Shown: in pieces, positions 33,693 to 38,991 of the stretch
How positions within the stretch are numbered: position 1 is the stretch's first letter
Layout of the letters: each line of letters starts with the position of its first letter
Assembly (NCBI RefSeq): GCF_000281045.1
Contig: NW_008246072.1
Span: 927,256-966,246 of the forward strand
DNA: 38,991 bases
Source: Saprolegnia diclina VS20
Lineage: Eukaryota
Direction: 5' to 3'
The notes under the pieces: generated by a model
What the model was told of the DNA's origin: nothing
The model's database searches: none
The model's input: only the letters and a program-made list of their open reading frames with translations
Position numbers and translations under genes: made by a program

Positions 33693-34208
33693 ATACTAGT
33701 AACTGCTAAAGTCAAGTCCACAGTTTGTCCATTGAAACCGGAAGGTGCTTGGAGACCAGTGTTTCTCGGTAGCCTTTACGGATTGAACGCTACGCGGGTT
33801 GTGGCGCGCCGGTAGCAACTGTAGCAACCCTTTGGCCATGAGAGAGTCATGCCGTCGTATGTGTTGTTGGGTTCTTCTGCTGTTTTGGGAGGACAAATAG
33901 CTCTAGCTAAGGTTACTTGGAGAGCGCGGCAACAGCTCCTGCGCGACTCGTTACGAGCCCGGTGTCACCACCGTATCGGCTCTGGTTCGTGGTCTTCCAC
34001 CTCAGCTCCTTTGTCGGCTTTTTCACGGCAGTCGTCTCGTTGCCTCATCCCGAAACTCTACATTGCTGCACCAGTGTCGAAGAGTTCGAGCACACAGTAT
34101 CGGTTGTCGTCTCAGTAAAGATTAGGATGATGGATGTGGCTGTTCTCCACAACCCGCGCACACTGCTCGTTGAACTTTGTGGCGACTCATTTGTCGATTG
34201 TCTGGGTC

Positions 34209-34601
34209 ATGCCACTGCCGCTGACGACGCGAACCCTACTCGCCACAGCCCGCGTCGGATCTGCGCTCCTGCCGTCGATTTGCATCGGGGTCGGCGCCAC
34301 GCAGATCGGCTATTCGCTTGCGATGAAGGTTACTGGCAAGAACACAGCGTTTGTGCGTCCGCTCGAAGGCCTCCTTGCTGGGATCGCGACGTTTGGCGGG
34401 TGCAAAATCGCCAGCGACTCTGCTCTGCGCCGGTTCACGCCTCCAACGCCCACAGGCGAGTTTATACTCTTTTTGGCCAAGCATTACCACACCATCTTTG
34501 CTGGGGCCGTTATTGCCGGCATGTTTGCCTTTCACGTCGTGGGCGCAATGCCCGTTCCGGAGTCGACAAGCAGTAGCACGGTGAGCAGTTCGGACGACTA
34601 G
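34209..34601 (+). CDS. Unknown small hydrophobic protein, tandem family copy c (130 aa, most divergent)
   Basis: MPLPLTT...LPSICIGVGA...FVRPLEG...DSALRRFTP...AGMFAFHVVG; tcatttgtcgatt at 34187-34199. Confidence 0.78.
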   Translation: MPLPLTTRTLLATARVGSALLPSICIGVGATQIGYSLAMKVTGKNTAFVRPLEGLLAGIATFGGCKIASDSALRRFTPPTPTGEFILFLAKHYHTIFAGAVIAGMFAFHVVGAMPVPESTSSSTVSSSDD

Positions 34602-34957
34602 ATACTAGTAATGCGAATGCCAAGTCCAAGTACAGCCATGTGTCGTTGACGTTTCTGTTGATTGAGTCTGACCAGCAAACGGCTTGCAAACTTGTATGCA
34701 TGCAGTAGCTCGTAGTAGCAGCACACACACAGGGACGGTTGCGCTGCGTGTGTAGAGAGTTGACTGTTCGCCCATCCACTTTGGAGAATGATGCTCAGTA
34801 TTTGGCTTTTCCCAACAACCGACAGCCCACAACCCGCACAACCGATAAACAATATGTGAATCAAATACAACAACCAACACTCCTAACGTCAATTCTACAA
34901 CCCGCACACTGGCTGCGGAACCTCCTCGAGGCTGGTCATTTGCCAATTGTCGAGATC

Positions 34958-35344
34958 ATGCCACTGCCGCCGACGACGTACGCCATCATTGGAGCCTCTA
35001 CGATCCTGCCGTCCCTTTGTATCGGATACGGCGCCGGTCTGATTGGAAAGTCACTCGCTGAGAAGTCTACGGGCAGGGACGCAGTGATTGTGCGTCCGCT
35101 CGACGCGGTGTTATTTGGGATCACAGCGTTTGTCGGGTGCAAAATCACTGGTGACGCTGCTTTGCGACGGTTCACACCTCGCACGCCAACGGCTGAAGCG
35201 ATTTTCTCGGTGGTCAAGCCCAACGTCTCCCAAACCATCTTTGTTGGTGCTCTCATAGCGGGCGCATATGTCTTTCACGTCGTGGGCGCAATGCCCGTTC
35301 GGGCGTCGACAAGTAGTAGCATGGCGACCAGTTCGAAAGATTAG
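34958..35344 (+). CDS. Unknown small hydrophobic protein, tandem family copy d (128 aa)
   Basis: MPLPPTTYAIIG...SLAEKSTGRDAVIVRP...GDAALRRFTP...AGAYVFHVVG; initiator motif at 34936-34948. Confidence 0.8.
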   Translation: MPLPPTTYAIIGASTILPSLCIGYGAGLIGKSLAEKSTGRDAVIVRPLDAVLFGITAFVGCKITGDAALRRFTPRTPTAEAIFSVVKPNVSQTIFVGALIAGAYVFHVVGAMPVRASTSSSMATSSKD

Positions 35345-35922
35345 ATCATAGCAAGACCATAAACTTACAAGTATGTTTATCCTCTCCTCGTTATACGTTG
35401 ATGGCCTTGATCGTAGTAATTGCGCATGTCAAGTCCACAGTTGTCATTTCTGTCCTTTGAAACCGAAAGGTGTCCCTATAGTCTGTACGAATTGAACGGT
35501 ACGGGGGTTGTGGCGCGCTGGTAGCGACCTTTTGGCCGTGATACAATCATCTCGTGGAATGTGCTGCTCGGTTGGTCGAGTCAGTGCGTCCCGGAAAAGA
35601 CAAATGGCTCAAGCTGCAAAGAGCGTGCGTTCAATCCTGCAACTCCCATCGCTGCCTCCCTTGTGAAGCCTACCGACTACACCTGTGTACTCCAGCCAAA
35701 CATTTACATTCTTGATCAAGTCAAATCAAAGCGCGGATGACGAGCGTACCAAGTATCCTTTCCCGCAGGATTCGCAGCCTAGCGTCTCTCAATTCTGTAG
35801 GAATCGTCGATCGTACATGCCAAAACGACCATGCAACCATATTCTTCCACACACAATGGTGTGTACACTTGTATATATAAAGCTGTGCAATTAGCAGTAG
35901 GTTCTAGCGTCCAATACGACGA

Positions 35923-37596
35923 CTACGGACAGCCCGAGCCACCGGCGACGACCAAGCAAGATGTTTCATCAAACATTGAGAGCACGCTCACGACGACCGA
36001 AAAGACAAGCGACGCCGCCATACCGGCCGCGACGAGGCCGCCAACGAGTGGCTGGTACCCGCCGTAGGCCTTCAGATCGTACACAGCCTCCTTTTGCGGT
36101 GGGAGCAGCACGACCCAGAAGCACGCAACGACAGTCGTGCCATAGTAGATAGCGTACGTCGCTGCGACTTGATTGCGCGTCGCGTCCGAGTCGGCCGCGA
36201 TCGCTTCTTTCGAGACGTCAAACGCCTTGAAAATGATGTTGGCGAGGAGCGGGCCAAACGCGGTGGGGAGATTGTTGACCGTCGTGAGAAGCCCGTACGT
36301 CACGGCTTCGTTGCCGACTTCGGCGAGCTCGACAATGACAAACGTGGTCACGATGAATTGCATTGCGTAGGGGAGTTGCTCGGCCAAAGGCACGCCGAGG
36401 TAGAACCACTGGTTCCGAATGCCATTGTAGATGGTGAGGTACTGGACGACGGCGTCGATCGCGTTCATGAGAAGCGTCGTTGTCACAATGACAAGCCGCC
36501 AGTTCCACTGGGTGCCCCAGCGCCCGGTCGCTGCGAGCGCGCCGGCAAAGAGCAAGTTGCTCAAGATCGTCATGAGCTGAATGTTGATGTTCTCGACGCC
36601 GGCCCACGTGAGCTTGACGTACGGTGCGGCCGTCGACGTGATGCCGGACGCAAAGAGGTTGAAGAAAAAGTTGAAGAGCATGACCTGCCACGTCGCGCGC
36701 TGGATGAGGAGCCGCCAAAACTGATCCAAGTAGTCGCGAAATGGGACGCGCGGCAGCGGTGTGTCGACAATGAAAAAGTACGTGATCGGCACCATGGCCG
36801 CGCACGGCAGCGCCAGGAGCACAAAGAGCGTCCGGAGACCCATGTCCCACGAGAACGTGCCGCCGTACGCCGGCGAGTTGAGCGCGACACCAATGACGAT
36901 TTGAGCAATCACCGACGCGACCGTCCGCGTCGTGTACACCAACGACTGCATGCGCCCACGCGTGGCCTCGGGCTCGCGCTGGGCGAGTTCGACCACGAGC
37001 GCGTCGGACGGCACGTCGGCAATGATGTAGCAGAATGTGGCGAGGCCAAAGATGATGGCCATCATCGAGCCTCGGCGCTGCGCATCGGGATGCACGTACG
37101 CGGCTTTCTCCGCCGGCGTGAGCGTTTGGACGTCGCGCCGCGCGAGGTTTGGGTTGTCAATGTAGGGTGGGCCGTGGTTCTGGAAGGCGAGCGCAAGCAT
37201 GCAGCCGAGGCAAAGTGTCCAGCCGATCATCATCCACGACTTGCGCCGGTAGCCGCAAATGGGCACGCAGTCCGAGAGCATGCCCACAAAGACCTTGAGC
37301 GACCACCCGATCGAGAGGAGCGCGGTCATTGCGTTGAAGCGCGCGCCGCTGAGGCGAAAGTACGCCGTGAAGAGCGGGTATGAGAGGCTCGGGAGCGCGC
37401 CGTAGAGCAGCCCGACGCACACGTACTGCGCGAGGAGGCCCACGACCGGCGCGCTCGTGTAGACAGGCGGGCCGCCCGGCCGCAGCGCGCCGTCTTCGAG
37501 CGGTGGCGCCACGGGCGACTTGACGCTCTCGTAGCCTTCTTCGCTCACTTCGTAGCGACTGCTTCTGCGCTGCTGCTCGGCCCGGCTGAGGAGCAT
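35923..37596 (-). CDS. Folate-biopterin transporter (BT1/FBT) family MFS protein, intronless
   Basis: GWSLKVFVGMLSDCVPICGYRRKSWM, ADVPSDALVVELAQRE, RGRMQSL, YGLLTTVNNL and about 12 hydrophobic segments. First ATG at 37596, with initiator-like tcattcgca about 55 nt upstream. Confidence 0.88.
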   Translation of the reverse strand: MLLSRAEQQRRSSRYEVSEEGYESVKSPVAPPLEDGALRPGGPPVYTSAPVVGLLAQYVCVGLLYGALPSLSYPLFTAYFRLSGARFNAMTALLSIGWSLKVFVGMLSDCVPICGYRRKSWMMIGWTLCLGCMLALAFQNHGPPYIDNPNLARRDVQTLTPAEKAAYVHPDAQRRGSMMAIIFGLATFCYIIADVPSDALVVELAQREPEATRGRMQSLVYTTRTVASVIAQIVIGVALNSPAYGGTFSWDMGLRTLFVLLALPCAAMVPITYFFIVDTPLPRVPFRDYLDQFWRLLIQRATWQVMLFNFFFNLFASGITSTAAPYVKLTWAGVENINIQLMTILSNLLFAGALAATGRWGTQWNWRLVIVTTTLLMNAIDAVVQYLTIYNGIRNQWFYLGVPLAEQLPYAMQFIVTTFVIVELAEVGNEAVTYGLLTTVNNLPTAFGPLLANIIFKAFDVSKEAIAADSDATRNQVAATYAIYYGTTVVACFWVVLLPPQKEAVYDLKAYGGYQPLVGGLVAAGMAASLVFSVVVSVLSMFDETSCLVVAGGSGCP

Positions 37597-38991
37597 CGTC
37601 GGATCTTCTTGCCGCGGAGAGAGCTCTGATCGGACTGGCTCGTCGCCTGCGAATGATACCTCGTTTTTCACACGCGTGTTTTTGCGTGTTTTTTACAAAT
37701 CCCACCACACACCGGTGGAACTTCAACAAGAGAAGCGACTGAAGAAGAAACCACGCTGCCGGGTACACGCTGTTCCTGGTGGCTGATATCGTACGAGCTC
37801 TACTATTCACAGAGCCCACGAAGGGCGGTGATGGCTCCTTGAACCCCCCCTCGCCCTGCATTTCTGGGTCGTGGGGCATACTGTCGCCATCACGGGCGTC
37901 GGAGTCTCAACGCGCCAACGGCAATTTCGCCAATCTCACGCGATTCTCACATGGGTTCGCCGTCGTTGATGCTGAACAGATTCACCGCCCATGGTGATAG
38001 CAGCATGACGTGAAAAGGCAGGCTCCGAATGTACGGTATCGATGCGTGCGTTTTAGCCCCGCCGTGGTGTCTGTCGATTTAACGTTAAATTTTGGGAATC
38101 AAACCTCGAGTATTTGACGTGTGGTGTTGTGTTGTAGAAGAGGATGGTTTTTGCCGACGCTGGGTTGTGACGCTCGGCAGAAGCCCCAATGGAGCTGCAC
38201 GGTAGGAGCGTTGGTGTCCCGCACGTCATCATGATCGGACCAATCTGGTCGCAAGCACCTGCGGCATGTGGGACGACCCGTCACGAGAGAAGAAACAAGT
38301 TGATGGATTCACCGTGCGACGGCAGCCACATCCACAATTCATGTATCCAAGCTCACGTCCATCCTACGAAGAAGCAAAATTTGAGCGTACCTACGAGTAA
38401 GTACCCGGACAATCGAGCCCGTTCCAGCATGCAAGGCGTGGTGCACGGTAACCGTAGAGTAAAAACGTAGGCTTCGTTTGCACAAACAAGGTAAATGGAA
38501 GTTCAAGATAATTGCTGTACAGAAACGCGCGTATAACTCGATACTCGCATCCCATGGTCCCTGGGCCCTGGACCTGTATATGTCATGCGAAAGCCAGTGG
38601 CGCGCCTCGTGACGGGATATTCTCGGGCGACTGGGCGGCCCACAGGGTGACGATCGTGGTTGCTTGGTTTTGGGCGTTTCACATTCAATGACGTGGCAGC
38701 GGGATATGCTCGATAGAGGCCAAGGCTCCAAGTGCCACCATGCTGCCAACACCTTGCCGCAAACTGAGATGAGGACACCTCCGAGCCACACCATGTCGCG
38801 AAGCCAGACACGCGTGTATAGCATACATTGCTTGGAAAAGACGCCAACAGTGGGCAACACTGCAATCAAGAGCCCTACACCCTAGCGGCCTACTCCTAGC
38901 CGCCCGTCGCATCCCCTTGCTATTGTTCCACGCTCTTACCCTGTGTGCGCACCCCAAAGGTCCAGACGATGTTGATCGCCTCGTCAGCAAA

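Noticed and set aside
32226..34957. Recurring ~70-bp blocks resembling CRISPR repeats or LTRs
   Set aside because: They are promoter regions of duplicated genes, spaced about 1 kb or more apart with homologous ORFs between them; no cas or transposon genes.
36094..37383. 429-aa plus-strand ORF opposite the FBT transporter
   Set aside because: Antisense shadow of a well-supported gene, with Arg-rich non-protein-like composition.
37700..38991. Short ORFs at the right end (e.g. 38339-38869)
   Set aside because: No codon bias, motifs or consistent splice structure; treated as intergenic.

Overview
Eukaryotic, gene-dense, GC-rich DNA. The gene families, the core-promoter motifs and the very short GT-AG introns (38-59 nt) suggest an oomycete, probably Saprolegniales; this assignment is inference. 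I rebuilt the gene models by hand because the ORF track is fragmented by introns. In order, the window holds: the 3' part of a PDR/ABCG transporter; mitochondrial Lon protease (10 exons); a P-loop nucleoside/thymidylate-kinase-like gene; two tandem Bax inhibitor-1 genes; four TMEM68-like acyltransferases interrupted by a BolA gene; an intronless M14/DUF2817-type metallohydrolase; cytosolic AspRS; phosphopantothenate-cysteine ligase; one complete and one 5'-truncated PDR transporter; four tandem copies of an unknown ~128-aa hydrophobic protein; and a folate-biopterin-family MFS transporter. The most interesting items are the unknown small membrane-protein array with a conserved promoter, a WHEP-like domain on AspRS, a tail-anchor on PPCS, acidic tails on BI-1, a hidden presequence exon in BolA, patchwork gene conversion among the PDR genes, and a strong TAG-acceptor bias in the introns. 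I saw no CRISPR array, rRNA, tRNA or transposase.
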